DNA from: Rhizodiscina lignyota
Taxonomy: Eukaryota
Assembly (NCBI GenBank): GCA_010015805.1
Contig: ML978122.1
Coordinates: 1,522,453 to 1,586,452 of the forward strand
Direction of reading: 5' to 3'
Length of the DNA: 64,000 bases
Part shown: positions 1-14,223 of the stretch, piece after piece
How positions within the stretch are numbered: position 1 is the stretch's first letter
Layout: every line of letters begins with the position of its first letter
Position numbers and translations under genes: made by a program
The notes under the pieces: generated by a model
Told to the model about the DNA's origin: nothing
What the model saw: only the letters and a program-made list of their open reading frames with translations
Database searches by the model: none

Positions 1-1051
1 CTTCAGTCGAACAACCTCTTCCAGAAACTTCAACGCCGCCAGATAGTACGCGTCTGCCAGCGCGGCAAACTGTTTGTCCATTCTTTGGAGCCCAACGGCG
101 ATGACCATCCGAAGCGCAAAGTTTTTGAACGCGTCTTGCGATCCACCGTGGTAGACGTCGTCAATGTCTCGCAGAAATGACGGCTCGTGCAACATGGGGT
201 ACATCGCATGTACCTTCATGAAGAACAAGTTCACAAGGTTTGACGTCAAATCCCTACTCGGCAGGTCTACTGCGGGAGCTTCGCTGTACATCGGTGTTGG
301 AGGGTTCTCGGGGACGGCTATCGCTTCTTCCTCCGCAAACTGTTCTTCCACTGCTTTCACTTTCGTCTCTGATATTATTTGCTTGATGCTCTTGGAGTCT
401 GAGAATTGCTTCGCAAGGTTCATCACCACACGGGATATGGCAATGCCGCTCGATGGGCCGAGAAACTTCGTCTCCTCGCTCTCCTTCAGTCGCACAAGGC
501 CTGGATTGCGCACTGCAAGCTCAGAGTCGAGCTCACGGTCCTCCGCCTCAAGAATCGCCAGTTCCTGCTCCAACTGAAGTATCTTGTGCTGTAGCCACAC
601 CACATATTTTCTCGAGACAATTGTTCGTTTCGTTACATCGAAGTATTCGCATTGAGCATTGGCTTTCTCGCAAGGGCTACATCGGGGCAGGCCAGGATCG
701 CACTTAATCTTTCTCTGCGGTACGTCAGACTCCGCCAGATGGACGTTTCCCACTTATTCGTGCGAGACATACCTGCCGACATCGCGTGCAAACTGTCAGA
801 GTTTGCTGGACCTGGATTCCCGACGGCTCTCTACTGGATCCCTTTGGTCTTGTGCGGGATCCAGTCGCAGCGCCCGAGACTGGAGATTTCTGCTCTGCTT
901 GGGGAGAGATGTGGCTCGTCTCCGATGCGGAATGCATGTGCCCCGTGGGAGAAGTAGTGGACGACGATGCGCCTTGCAACTGCGAACTCGCACTCTCAGA
1001 CGGCTCGACATCCTCAGCAGACTGCGGGACAGCAGAAAAGGTGTGAAACAT
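1..1051 (-). CDS. Zn(II)2Cys6 transcription factor with fungal-specific TF domain (Ppr1/UaY-like); 3' end runs off the window
   Basis: ATG at 1051; intron 715-772 (GTATGT...CTGAC...CAG). Splicing gives CTRCRQ|RKIKCDPGLPRCSPCEKANAQC, then a coiled coil and an open frame to position 1 (FFMKVHAMYPMLHEPSFL...ADAYYLAAL). Confidence 0.9.
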
Positions 1052-2227
1052 CGGCGTGCGACGAGGGAGAGGGCGTCGACTGGGTTCAAACGGAGGAGAG
1101 GCTCAAGGCTTTTCTAAGGATACAGCGCGACGTCGAAAATGGTATCACAACGATGGATGTGCATTGCCAAGCAGGCACTGCAGCCTTCCAAGAAGAGGTT
1201 AAAGCATGCATTGAAGGACTGGAGAGAGGCTAGCTGTACAGCAGCGCGCGCGCGCGTGGGAGCGATCACATCAGCGTATGAATGTCGCTTTCCTAGCGAA
1301 GGCCGAGTCCATTTGGAGCGGCGCAGATAGCCACTGAGGAGCCGATCCCCCGCTGGCAGCGTGAGAGGCAGCCCGCCGTTGCACGCATCATCCCACACGC
1401 TTCCCTTCTCGGCTGGCGCTCTTGCACCGTTCAAGTCGTAGGGCTGACGGGTGTCGATCAAAAAGGTGGGACAGCTCGTGCATGGCATTCGAGTCCGGTG
1501 GAGTTTGAGGCTCTTCTTGCTGTGAAATGCCTTCGCCGAGTTGTTCGACCACCGCGTCAAACCTCCGGGCCAACATGGACTCGGACGTAGCGAGTATAGG
1601 CTCATATTGCCACGCTAACGGTAAAAGGGTCCCGGCTAACGCGCGATGCGCGTGGCTTTATCGCTGCAAGGATTTAGTGGCATTCTCACGTGCGACCAAT
1701 ATTTCTCCATCATCTCACCTCTTGTGGGCCTCTCACGGCGCCAGGCTTCCAATGTGCTTTTCGTGCCCAAAATTCGGTTCTTAGGGGGCGTTTTTGGAGT
1801 GCTGTGCCTTCTCCTTGGGTCAATGGCTGGTTGTATTTAGAGTTTCCATTGCGATACCCCGCCTGCACTTCCTGGACGGAATCTCGACGAGCGAGTGACG
1901 AGAAGCGAGGCCTGTCGCGCGACAGCGCCCGACATACCACTCTACCTTCCAGGTGGCCTCTCTTCAACTGATCAGGGGAGGGGAAGGGCCCAGTGGTCCC
2001 CAGTGCGCAGCCTCCTCGAAGACGATAGGAGGGAATGACAGCCCAAAGCACCACTCTGGAGTAACCGCTCATTTATACGCCGCGCAGTCCCAAGCGCCGA
2101 TCAGTCAGGGACTCTCGATCGCTGTTGTTTGCTATCTACTACTATCCAAGCCTTTCTCTATTCTGATATAAACCCACACATTGGGCATAGCAATCCTTAG
2201 AAGGCCTTGTCCTCTGACTATTCGAAC

Positions 2228-3719
2228 ATGCCTTTCGAAACTCCACCGCTCCGAGTGAGCCGGCCCATTGCAGCTTGCGCTCCTTGTCGACGAACCAAAA
2301 GCAAATGCGACGGGAAACTACCCGTATGCTCATCATGCGAGAAATCGAACAAGGCCGACCAATGTGCATCCAATATGACAGATGCTCGAGAGACCAGCTA
2401 CGTTGCGACATTGGAGGCGCGCAAGGCCAACCTAGAGAAAGCATATGCAGAACTCCGAGCCCGGCGGAAGTCGATGATTAACGTCATCGAAGCTGCAAAT
2501 AGTATGCCATCATCGCGGAAGACGTCAACTGCCGAAGGCAAGGATTCGTCGAAACGCGCCGAGGGAAGAAAGGAAGCCACCAACGTGGACGACCTAGTTG
2601 GAGACTTTGGACTCTTGTGCGTGGGACAATGGAGATGCAATGGACTCGATGCTCACTGTCTACAGATCTATCAGCGCAACTACACGAGACTTTTACGGCT
2701 TCACACCAGAGACGTCATATGCTAGGTTCATACTGGTCTCGGCGACAAACGAAGCGTTGCCCATACGTTCCACGAAAGACCAGGACTTCCCCAGTCGCGA
2801 AAGGACGTTGCGTTTAACCCAGGACTACCTGGAGAATACATGGAGATATCTCCCTATCGTCGACGAAGCGACAATCTGGGCATCATTCAACGGGGTCTAC
2901 AACTCTCAACAATCCACCGCTTTTGACCACTTCATCGTCCACATGATCCTCGCAGTCTCTCTGACGTCTTACGAGACTGCAGATGCCGCTTCACAGACCG
3001 AAGCAAGGAATCATTTATACAAAGCCATCAGTTTCGCCTCCTTAGTCTTCCGCCCGGGCTCCGTCACCAGCATCCAAGCCCTCCTGCTCCTGAGCCTCTA
3101 CGCCATGCTCGACTCGAAGCACTTCGACTACTGGAGTCTCATCGGCTTCGCCTCGCGCGCCATGGCGGACATCGGCATGCACCACGACCCCCCGAAGTCC
3201 GCCAACGTCCCCAAGGCGGAGCTCGACATGCGACGGCGTGTCTTCTGGTCCCTCTACACCTTCGACCGCATCGCCTCAATGCTGTGCAAGCGGCCCTTCT
3301 CCTTCTCCGACGCGTCCATCAACGTCGCGCTGCCGTCCGCCGGCAACACCCCCAGCGCCGCGCTCGCGCTCTTCCGCCTGCGCAAGCTGCAGTCCGAGCT
3401 GTACGCCGGCCTGCACCAGCGCAGCGCGTGGGACGGCGCGGAGAACGCGTGGACGTTCATATGGAGCGAGTACGCGAAGCTGCAGGAGTGGTTCGAGACG
3501 TCGCTGACCAAGGTCGACGTCGTGGCCGCGCGCATCGTGGAGATCGAATACAATTTCTGGTGCGTGTTCCTGCTGTCGCCGAGCCCGCGCTCGCCGGTGC
3601 GGGACACGCACGCGGAGGGCATCAAGGGCCGTCATGCGGCGAGGCTGGCGCAGCTGATGAAAGAACAGGGCTCGCGGCCCTTCTTTTCGAGATCTATGAG
3701 CTCGTGGCTCGCTCATTAA
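2228..3719 (+). CDS. Zn(II)2Cys6 transcription factor, Stb5-like
   Basis: RVSRPIAACAPCRRTKSKCDGKLPVCSSCEK...C cluster. Intron 2617-2665 (GTGCGT...CTCAC...CAG) joins DLVGDFGLL|SISATTRDF. Middle homology region DIGMHHDPP...RRRVFWSLYTFDR...RPFSFSD. C-terminus uncertain. Confidence 0.85.
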
Positions 3720-4902
3720 TTGGGCGATGGAGAGACAAGGCTTTGGACGATGCCGATCCGTACGCCCCCGAGAGCGGATGAAGCAAGATCGGGTGGGGAT
3801 TGCGCATGCATAATGTCCATGATATAACGTCGATATTGCCGATCCCTGTGCCTAATATTTAGCTGCTGCCACTTAGTATGCAAGCTGCTAGTTGGGCTGC
3901 ATGTCATGATGGTGGCGTCGACGATCCGGGTGCGGCTGTGACACCACAAATTGACCCTCTGCGGAGCGCGCCCCGGTAAAAAAAGAATTTGCGACTCGTG
4001 GATGCACCATTTGGTGTTTGAATCATCATAACCCGGATCGGGAAGAGTGTCTTGAAGCTACAGTAGTCTGCAGAGACGAAAACAAACTTACTCATCCCAC
4101 TGATTAGAGCGGGGAATTTTTCGTCTTTTGAGGAAGGGAATGAAGATCATGTCATGCACAATGTTATGTCGGCAACAAGTTTTGTAATGTACGTACTATA
4201 CACGCTGCGGCATCACCATACTTGGCGTATATGGCCGCTCGCTACCTGACCGACCGATTGGACTTTCTTTTACATCCCATGGATGCTAAGAGAGATCGCC
4301 TGAGAAAGCTCACGGCCATTTCTCCCGAAGGGCTTCAATAAACAAAACAAAATGGGACCTTTTGTGAAGCTCGCCTGATTTTGAGAAAAGCCGTAAGGGA
4401 AATCGCAATGCTCCGTCGAGTCCAGCTTGACTCCGATTCCATGAGTGTCAGATTCCTGGTTCAAGACATTACCCAGCCCATCGCCAGCATGAAAATTCCT
4501 CCCTAAGAAATGTACAAAAAGCATATATGCAAAACAAAGCAAAAGGTGTGGGTATTTGGGAAGGGGCATGAGAAGCGGCGTGACTGTACAAGTTCCGCAT
4601 TGCTTTTATTACATTACGTGAACGAAGAAGGGGTATAGAACATACGGAAAGTAAAGACAGACGCATGGTGCGGAGCACTGAAGCCTTTCCTTTCCCGCAC
4701 TCGGTAGAGACCGCAGGTCGAACACATCGAGGTGTGAAGGCGACGCATGTTAGTAGAAACAAAATTTGATCGCCAATTAAGGCAATGCTGTCAACGTAGG
4801 ATCTGTCTGTCTTAACTCTCTAATGTGTTGAGCCTTTTGGGTTCATATCGAAGAGCGTCGGTTGCTCTTCTGCTGCTGATTCTGATTCGGAAATTGTGAG
4901 CA

Positions 4903-6967
4903 TCATGATGTTCGATCCGCCATTTGTTCGTCGAAAGATTGAAAGTTGAACGACAAGTCAGGGACGGCATCCGTGAAAGTGGAATTCTCATCCAAGAATA
5001 GAAGGCTAGTAAAGCCAGATTCGTCAGAGAACCGCTGGTTCTGCGGCATGTAAGGAATATCAAATTGGCCAGGCGGTAGGGGAGGTAGTTCCTTTTCTGA
5101 TTTTTCTGAAGTGGAATTAGAGCTTTGGCTCATATCGGGATTTTGATATTGCATCTGCTGATGATAATTGCTTGCTTCTTGCGGTGTCCAGGAGGGGGTG
5201 GGCTGCATTCCGTTTCCAGAGAAGATGGACGGCTGCATAGGCGGTTGTATTTGCATGACGTGAGCTGGGGAGCCGACGTCCGTAACCGAAAGCTGCCCAG
5301 CAAGTTGTTGCACAGGAGAGACAATGCTCATAGGCGACGCATCCACCGGCTGATTTGACGAGGGAGAGTTACTGTGTCGTGAAGAACTCTGTGCGGTCGA
5401 GATTCGTCGTGGATCGCTTAACGAGCTCGTTGAGCTCATTGTCAGCTGTGACTTGCGCGAGTCACTGCCTGTAGGACTGGGTGATGCAAAGACTCGACCC
5501 TCAGTCTCCTCCTGTTCCAAGTCTGGCCGTGTGCCATCAATGCAGATTCCCTCTTCATATGCTTTTTGCACGATTGTCTGGATGTCGCGCGGCTCTCCGC
5601 CGTATTCCAACAAGTCTTGTAGCCTAGTGCGCTGGCCCTTCTCATCAGGGTGTGAACGACCAGTCGTAGCCTTGTCCCATTTAAAGGACGGCTTCGGATT
5701 TGGCCGTTGGCCGTGCTTTTGAACCATAAATGTTCTCCATGTAGGGTGGATGTCTGGTTGATGCAGGAGACCCCAAATTACACTTGAATGTTTCCAGTCC
5801 TTCTTCAACATGCCCTTATCAAAGTGTTGTGCAACATGCTGACAGCGCTCCTCCCAATCGGTGTGCAACGCATAGCAAAAGCCACAACCCCAAGCGGTTC
5901 GCTTCCTTAACGATATCATACAGGTGTCTGCGTGTGGACAATTCTCGCAGTTGTGTGCGCCCTTGTGGTGCTGCTTGAATTGATTACGCGACCACAACTG
6001 GTCCAGGTTGCAGTCGGGGCATTTCCATTGAAACCTGCGCTCATGGAGACGCTCTTCATGTTGCTTCCAGTCCGACTTCCTTATGAACTTGGTGTCGCAC
6101 GACGTACAGACGTACTTCTGTTCTTTTCGGGGCTCTTCCGCCTTCGATGTCTTTGGTGACGCGTTCTCCATTGACTCGGCCCTAAGAGGCCCTGGCCCTT
6201 TCTTCGATGATCCCGATACTCCGCCGGTCTCTGATTGCGATGGCGTATATGCAGCCGGTGCTTGCGGCATCGTTGATTGAGGCCACTCGAATGATTGGAA
6301 AGTGCTTCCATGCATGGAGTGGACATGACCGTTTGGCATGTATGCCTGAGGCTGTGAAGAATTGACATATTGCACTCCAGTAGACGCATCCGTATAGGTA
6401 GTAAGATCAGACGCGATTGATTTGGTAGAAGGTGCAACAGAGAAAAGAGAGCCATTCGAAACTCGCCGGCTTTGCGCCCCAATGGAACTCGGGTGGAGGC
6501 TAGATGGCGCGGAGGACACGGTAGAGATACGACGCTGCGTGATAGTGTTGTCGGTAGAGTTGCTCTGAAAGCTCGCATGGTTGTTCAATTGAGGGAAGGA
6601 ATTGCGCTGTGTGCCGTCTTGCGAAGACAGAGATGTATGTCCTTATCGGCAGATCAGATGATAGTGAGATTCGCCGGAATAATAGTATCTTACCTGCACG
6701 TTGTTGATGGGCGATTTGAATCCAGCGGTGGACTTCGCGAATGTCATATTGCAAGAGTGCTTCGATATGACCTCTCGCTTCAGGAGGTATGGGAGCCTGC
6801 ACGGGTACCTGCATAGATCGCTGGATACTGCCTTCACTGACATGGCTGAGGCGTGAAGTCGCGGACGATGGCCTGTCCCCGCCGTCTTTGACACGGCCAG
6901 AATTGGTGCGCTTTGTTGACTTTGCCAGCGGGAAGGCGTCGGAGCGCCTGAAGGGCGGTGGATCCAT
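4903..6967 (-). CDS. Fungal C2H2 zinc-finger transcription factor
   Basis: ATG at 6967 (MDPPPFRR); intron 6642-6693 (GTAAGA...CTGAT...AAG) joins in frame to the 561-aa ORF. Fingers YVCTSCDTKFIRKSDWKQHEERLH, WKCPDC...HHKGAH and WGCGFC...HVAQH. Confidence 0.85.
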
Positions 6968-9900
6968 GGTGTTGAGTGTCACCACGCCAGCATGGAGAGT
7001 CGATAAGATGGCCAGATTCTCAGCAAGCGGATGTGGCGCGATAATAGCAGTTGAGCGAGCGTGACGATAGGAAAAGAACGAGAGACTGGTGTAAAGGGTG
7101 GAGAAGATCGAGGTGAAGGATGCTACGACGTGCAGCGCAAGCGTGCGGTGCAAAGCAAGCCAGTGCAGCAGCGAGGAGCTGGGCTGCTGGGGAGAGTTGG
7201 GGGATCTCGGAAGAAAGCAGCTAGCCTTGGCCCTGAAACAGGCCTAGGATTATCAAACCAACCAGTCGTTTCGAAACACGGATAAGTGCCAATCACCGTT
7301 GAACGCTCCCTGCACAGGCCCCTTTCGCTGGCCCGTCCACTCGAGACGCCGCGCGGAGGAGATGGCTGATGTGTCGACGCCTCAAGCCAGCTGAAATGCG
7401 GATGCGACAAATCGTTCTTCAACACGCTGCGCTGCGAGATCTCAACGTAACATCTGCCCCGGAATACTTAGACTTGGCAGCTTACCCTAAAAGAGAGTTT
7501 TTGTATTGTTGTGCAGAATCGATGCGAGCTCAGCGCATCAGACTGCAACCGGGCGGGAGATCACTATTTCCAAGCAAGATCCCTGTATCCTTACTCTGCA
7601 AGAGTGCGAGCGAGTGAGCAGCGCAATGAAGTAGGTAGGATTCTGCGAGACTCGCGCGCGAAGTTGGCCGAGTCAATTGCGGGATGGTAGAAGTAGAAAC
7701 TCGATTTGATCTGCAGGCGGGCCGACGTCAGTAGTTTGAGAACATTGTTGACGTGACCGTCACGTTAGAGACCTAGCTTGTCTGTACCTGTGGCTCCGTG
7801 CTGAACAGGTCGTGTCACCCTACCAGCCACTAGGTAAGTATGGCGAGCTCAAGGGACCTGTCTACAGACGACGGGCAGGTTTCACGTTCTGTTATGCCCG
7901 AGCCAAGTCTGTTGAAACACAGTCGTGCTGTTTTCCACAATTGATTAGCACTTTGAGCCATTGACGCTGTCGGCCCTACGAAGCTGACCAGCCAAATTAG
8001 CAGCCAGCCACCACAGGCTCGGTCGTTAGAAGATCGACGGAAACGCAACGGAAGATTTGCCCGAACGAAACGGGAATTTTCCTGCGTGATGACGAGACCT
8101 TTTGGTGGCAGTGGCTTCTGCCTCTCCCCTTTGAAGGGTACCTAATTTGGACCGTCTCTCGCTTTCGCACGCGCGTGAGGCGCTAGAGAACGGCGCCGCG
8201 CCACGAACACCGTACACGAGAAATTAAAGAAGGCACTGACCAGGGACTAAGAAAGTAGCGTACCGGCCAATTGCTGGATTTTGGAGTTGAACAAGCTCTA
8301 GCAAGGAAGGTGGAGAGGTTGTAGCAAGTGAGGGCGGGACGGCTGCGGGCAGATTATTTTTGCATCTGCCTTATCCGAACTTGAGGTCAGGACATGGAGT
8401 GACATGGAGTAACTCCGGCCCGCATGCCTATTACACACGACTGGCCAATCAAAGCGCAGCGTTCGAGCGCGGGATCAAGGCGTGATGCCTGCATCTGCTA
8501 TTATTTAGCCATACTCACTCGAACAAGATATGCTTCCGATAAGTTCTATCGTGTTTCTATACTATTTCTTCCTTGCTGGCCCACTTATCCCATCTACTTG
8601 TGTCATGAGCAAAGTGAAGCTGATTGAGCTTATCAAATTTTCTGGCGAACGCCTCGTCAGCCCATCTCCGTAGATGCGGCTCTTTCACTGGGCTATTTCG
8701 GAAGCGAGCCTCATAAGCATTGCTCTCAAACACAGTACTCACCGACGCCCTGGCATGTTCAATGAGCAGAGATGAGCGTAATGTCGTCTGTCTCTGAGTC
8801 CCCGAGTCGCCAAGGCAAACAATTTATCCGAGGGAGAGTTCTAATTAACGATTCTATGAAGGAATAGAAGACCCATTCAACGTCCTGTTTTGGGCAAATG
8901 GCTAGTATTAGCGACTTTGAGATTCCAAGGAAACATGAGCAAAGGCTACTGTGGCGCTAATGTATTCGAGATTATTATTTTAGCCAATTCCGCCTGGATT
9001 TCCCGCTTTCTAGCCCTTCGTACAGCAATGTATCGCCCATCAAGCTGCCGTGTCTCAGAAACCGGGATTAAATTCCAAGGAAGCGGAAGGCTGAGAACCA
9101 ACAAAAAGCGTTCGCGCAAGGCATTATACCAAGCCATTTAGTCGAGAATGAGACGAATCTGGTTGCAGTTCGTTGTCCTCCGATGCCTCCTGGACCGCTT
9201 ACTTGGAACTGTCCCGCTTCTGGTTGTTAGCCAATACCTTCCAATGAGAAGCTTCTTCCGCAATGTACCTGCTGCAGGAATGCATGAGGGAGAAATGCCT
9301 CTCGTTTCACAGCGTGCGCCCGTCCTACAGGATCAGAGACTTCGACATGCGCTCTTGAGTTGGAGCTCCCGCTTCAATAACAAGCTATGCCAGCCTGATA
9401 TGCTGGGCCAACTAACGTGATACATTGAATGCGCCTGCACTATATTTGTTCGGTGCAGTGCGCTTGTTGAGTTTTTCAGTGGACGAGTTACCGCTGAAAT
9501 CTTAGACAGCGATGGCCACTCACAAAGTAAATAGCTTCTTACCGCGATAGTGATCTAGTCTACTCCGTAGTCGAGCACGTCGACGCAAGCACAGTATTTA
9601 TCCGCACAGCTTAATCGAGGCTAGGTCACCTGCCATGACTACAGGAATGAAATCTGTCGCATTATTGCAAGAGCCAGGGCGATGAGATCCTCCCCGAAAG
9701 AGGAGTTGTCCAAATTGGTACCGCAAACATCTCCATTGGAGTCTTTGCTATTATGAGTGCGGTACGCTGATCGAGATTCTTTTCGAGTTGAGCTCCTTAC
9801 CACGAGCTACAAACCACACATTTTATTGAGTCTCCTGATATCTCTTCTAATACGGGTTGAAAGGTGACGTTGTTCAGGCCGAGAGCTCGACGGTTATCTT

Positions 9901-10943
9901 ACCGCCCCTGCCGCGCCGCTGGCAGTAGTTACAATGTCGAGCCGAACTGTTGATGTCGCCCACTTGTGTCACGTCGGTACTAAGATGTAGAGAGCCATAT
10001 CTGAAAATTCATCCTTTCATCACTTAATTCCCCTAAGTCCAAAGAGACTTTCTTCCTTTAAACTGAGCTATATGCGTTCAATTTCAGCGGAAGATACCTC
10101 AGCACTGCCGCTAAGTTTGAATAAAGTTCATTATTGATTATAACAAGCTTAGCTTGCGCGCCTAGTCTCGGCATTATAACTTTTGCAGCTTCACTGACCA
10201 CTCACATCCGCATATCACAACAAGGCACTGCACGAGCTCCGACTTCGAATTCAGGGTCTATCAGTTCACGATCTTGTCAAGGAAACCAACATCGGTCTCC
10301 AGGCTCCCCAATTGCGAAGCCCATTGTTGCCCGAGTAGCCGCGACGACCGTATGATGGTGTCACGCTTTTCTGTGCGGGGGCGACGACAGCGGCGCTTTT
10401 TCTTTCGCGGTGCCAAGCAGAACTCCAACGATCACAAGTCTTTTTCTGATATCAATTCGATTTCTGCGCATCGCAATCATTTGACAGCATGCTATGACTA
10501 TCAAGGTGCATGATAGACAGGGCAAGCACGTGTCTCACCGTCGCCGTGGGACGCATTAAGTTGGCGTTGCGCGATTTATCGTCCAATCCGGCATTGCTCG
10601 TCTCCCTGCTACAGTCGGTACAGGTGGGCCACCATAATCACACAGGCTACCAACCTCCAGACTACTCGCATCGTCAGATACGCTGCGCCTCGTGGCTTGC
10701 ACCTAAGAGGTAAGAAAACGCCGACCATCCAATACCGCCCACCGGGTCGCGCACGTCTGGACTCTCGCCCGCGTGCATATATCCCTCATCTCATCCCATC
10801 TCTCATCTTGCCCAGACGAGCTTTCGCAGATCTTGCCAATTTTTTCTGCTTTCCGTAGAAGCTCTGTTCAGTGCCCGTGTCACTTCCTCTGCATACTTGT
10901 TTCAATCCCAATTTCACTCAAGCTTCTCAATTACTTCAGTTCC

Positions 10944-13686
10944 ATGGCAGAACCCCAGCCGTCGCATATTCGCATTCTTTCTGACGCGGAGGCAAGACCT
11001 GAAAAGGGTGTATATGCTAACGAGAAGGATGTAGAGAGTATCTACGATGAGGAGCTCCCAACAAGGGAGAGCGATTTCAAACGCAGGCAAGTAAGTAAAT
11101 GACCATCTTCTAATCGTAGAGAGAAAGAGCCAACTGATTCTGGAGGCGCCATGTAGACTTTCAAAGGTTGGACGCTTCTCTGGTAAGGCACACCCCAAAC
11201 TCGCCTCAACCAGACAATGCTACGTCGCTCACCTCAATTCCAGGCTGGCGTACCAGAGTACTGGCGTGATCTATGGAGATATTGGAACCTCGCCTCTCTA
11301 CGTGTACTCATCGACCTTCTCCGACAATCCTTCTTACGATGACCTGCTTGGCGCTCTGTCCCTCATAATCTGGAGCCTCACGCTCATTGTTTCGACCAAA
11401 TACGTCTTCATCGTCCTGCGTGTATGTATCCTGTGGTGCAATAGGAACCTGTAGGGCCTGCTGACTTTGATAGGCTGATGATGAAGGAGAAGGGGGAACT
11501 TTCGCGATGTACAATCTTCTCTCGCGTTATGTACGAAACAAAGAATTTGCATGTCCACAAGCTTCGCTAACGCTTCCAAGGCCAATATTGCGCGACATGA
11601 TCCAAAGAAGGAGAAAACGGTCAAGTTGGAGCGATACAAGAGCAATGACCTTCGCCCAACAAACCGTGGAGTTCGAAATTTCATCGAGAAAAGTCGCATT
11701 GCTCACACCATCCTCCAGGCACTGGCTGTTTTCGGAGTCAGCATGATCATCGCAGACGGCGTTCTGACTCCAGCGCAATCGGTTCTTGGAGCCATTCAAG
11801 GACTCAGAGTCGTTAATGAGAATATCAGCACAGGAACGATCATCGGGGTTTCTTGCGCAATCCTTGTCCTTCTATTCCTGGTGCAGCCTTTCGGCATTAC
11901 CAAGATTGGGAGCACGTTCGCTCCGGTGGTCATTGTCTGGCTTCTCTTCAACGCGGCTTTCGGAATATATGTGAGTCCTTCAATGCTGCCTTTTTGCCTT
12001 CTTGGCACAGCTCTCTGCTCATGCAGTCATGCGAGAAGCCAGCTGCTGATTCGACTTGTAGAATCTTGCGGTCTACGACCATTCCGTACTCAAGGCCTTT
12101 TCGCCATACTATGCAGGTCTTTGGTTCGTACGCAACAAAACCTCGGGCTGGATAAATCTAGGTGGGATTCTGCTCGCATTTACTGGTGTCGAGGCCCTCT
12201 TTGCGGATCTGGGTGCATTCTCAAGACGAGCTGTCCAGCTCTCATGGCTTTGTTTTGCGTTTCCCTGCCTCTTACTCGCCTACATCGGCCAAGCGGCGTA
12301 CCTTTCACGAAAGCCGGAGGCTTGGTCGAATCCTTTCTTCGAGACTGTTCCACCCGGAATGTTCTATCCATCTCTTGTGATTGCTATCCTCGCAGCCGTC
12401 GTTGCCTCACAGGCCATGATCACTAGCACCTTTCAGCTTCTTTCTCAGGTCATGAACACGAGCTACTTCCCGCAGATACGGATGATCTACACAAGCGAGA
12501 AGTTCCATGGCCAGGTCTATATTCCGATTGCCAACTGGTTGTTAATGGTTGGCACGGTCATAGTCACTGCAGTGTATAACAATGTAAGATTCCCAACCTG
12601 TATACTTTTTTCGCCATACTAATCAAGGTGATATCGACAGACCACTAGTCTTGGCCATGCTTACGGGGTCTGCGTCATCTTTGTCACGTTCCTAACGACC
12701 AATATGGTCACGATCATTGCGACTGTCGTTTGGCGTTTGCACTGGGCCGTTGTCCTTCCTATCTGGCTAGTTTTCGTGACTCTGGATGGCCTTTACCTGT
12801 CCTCCGCCCTCACAAAAGTTCCAGATGGAGCTTGGTTCACCCTTCTCTTGGCCGTAATCCTTGCAGCGGTCTTCATTCTCTGGCGTTACGGTAAGGAGCA
12901 GCAATGGAAGTCTGAAGAGAAGGGCCGGATGCGAATGACTCAAGTTGTGGTGAAAAACGACAGCGGTAATTACAGGTTGACAGATAGTTTTGGAGGAGGT
13001 GATCTTACTCATATCAAAGGTAATATCATGTCTCTCATTATTATACGGAGATGGACTTTCGCTAACACGTCGCAGGACTTGCAATCTTCTTCGACAAGGG
13101 CGGTGACATGGTGCCTCAGGTCTTCGAAGAGTTCCTCCGCAAATTCGAAGCACTCCCCGATGTCCAGGCATTGCTGCACCTGCGCGCGCTCTCAGTTCCT
13201 CACGTTGCCGAGGATGAAATGGTCGCCGTCTCACAGACCTCACTGCGGAACTGCTACCGAGTCATGATCCGCCACGGCTACAATGATCATGTTGTCAATG
13301 CAGACCTCGGGAGCCTAGTATACTCGCATGTCCGCAAATACATCACAAAGTCGGCTGCGCGCCCATCGCCTTACAGTGGTTCAAATGCGGAAGCGGTGTC
13401 GTCTGCCTCTGGAGTTGAGACACCGCAGGAAGGAACTGCTCCCTTGGAAGGATCCCACGCGCGCATAACCAGCAGGTTGGAAGCTATTGACAGGGCGTAC
13501 TTGACTCAAACTGTGTACATTGTTGGAAAAGAACAGCTCCGCGTTTTGCCTTCAAACAACAATATCTTCAAGCGGATGTTGTTGGGTGTCTTCCTCTTCC
13601 TTCGAGAGAATACGAGAACCAAGGTGGCGAGCTTGAAGATTCCGGTTGACAAATTGGTTGAAGTCGGTTTTGTGAAAGAGCTGTAA
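10944..13686 (+). CDS. HAK1: High-affinity potassium transporter, KUP/HAK/KT family
   Basis: Signature motifs [48 protein letters not shown] and GQVYIP. Seven GT-AG introns: 11091-11156, 11183-11243, 11422-11473, 11531-11580, 11971-12061, 12584-12640 and 13020-13075. Stop at 13686. Confidence 0.95.
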
Positions 13687-14223
13687 CACTTTGAGGGAGA
13701 GAATAGAAGGTAAACGGGGAGGGCGAAAGTTCTTAAAGAGATATATGCGTCGATAGTTTCTATGTTCAAGTTCTGTTCACGACTAGCTTGATGAGACTCG
13801 TGACACTGGCAAACGGTTCATTGATCAAGAGTGGAGCCAACATGGTTGATGCCTGCGTGGACTTGCGACATTCGTAGCCACGATGAAGTTCGTTGATGAG
13901 TTAGCTCGCCTGTAACTCACAAGGTTGAGCTCCCAGTGATCATCCTGCTAGCCGCGGAGCACATGCTTGGACAGTCTAACACACGATTGCTGCTGGCTAT
14001 TTGCGGATCCGCGCGTTTACTCAAAGCCAGAGTCACTCTTGTAACCTCCTAACACGTCACCAAGCCTCCCGCAACTGTTGTCACTACGTGATCCCACACC
14101 ATTTACGTTCTCTTGCCGCCTAATTCCTGCTCATAAATAAGACTCTCACTTCAACTTTCAACCTACACACAACACCGCATTTTGTTACGCCCGGCCGTAC
14201 CCAGCTGCGCGAGAGTCTCCACC

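Noticed and set aside
8391..8410. GACATGGAGT tandem duplication (similar case GCGCCATGCT x2 at 17051)
   Set aside because: Two-copy 10-bp duplications are ordinary slippage products.
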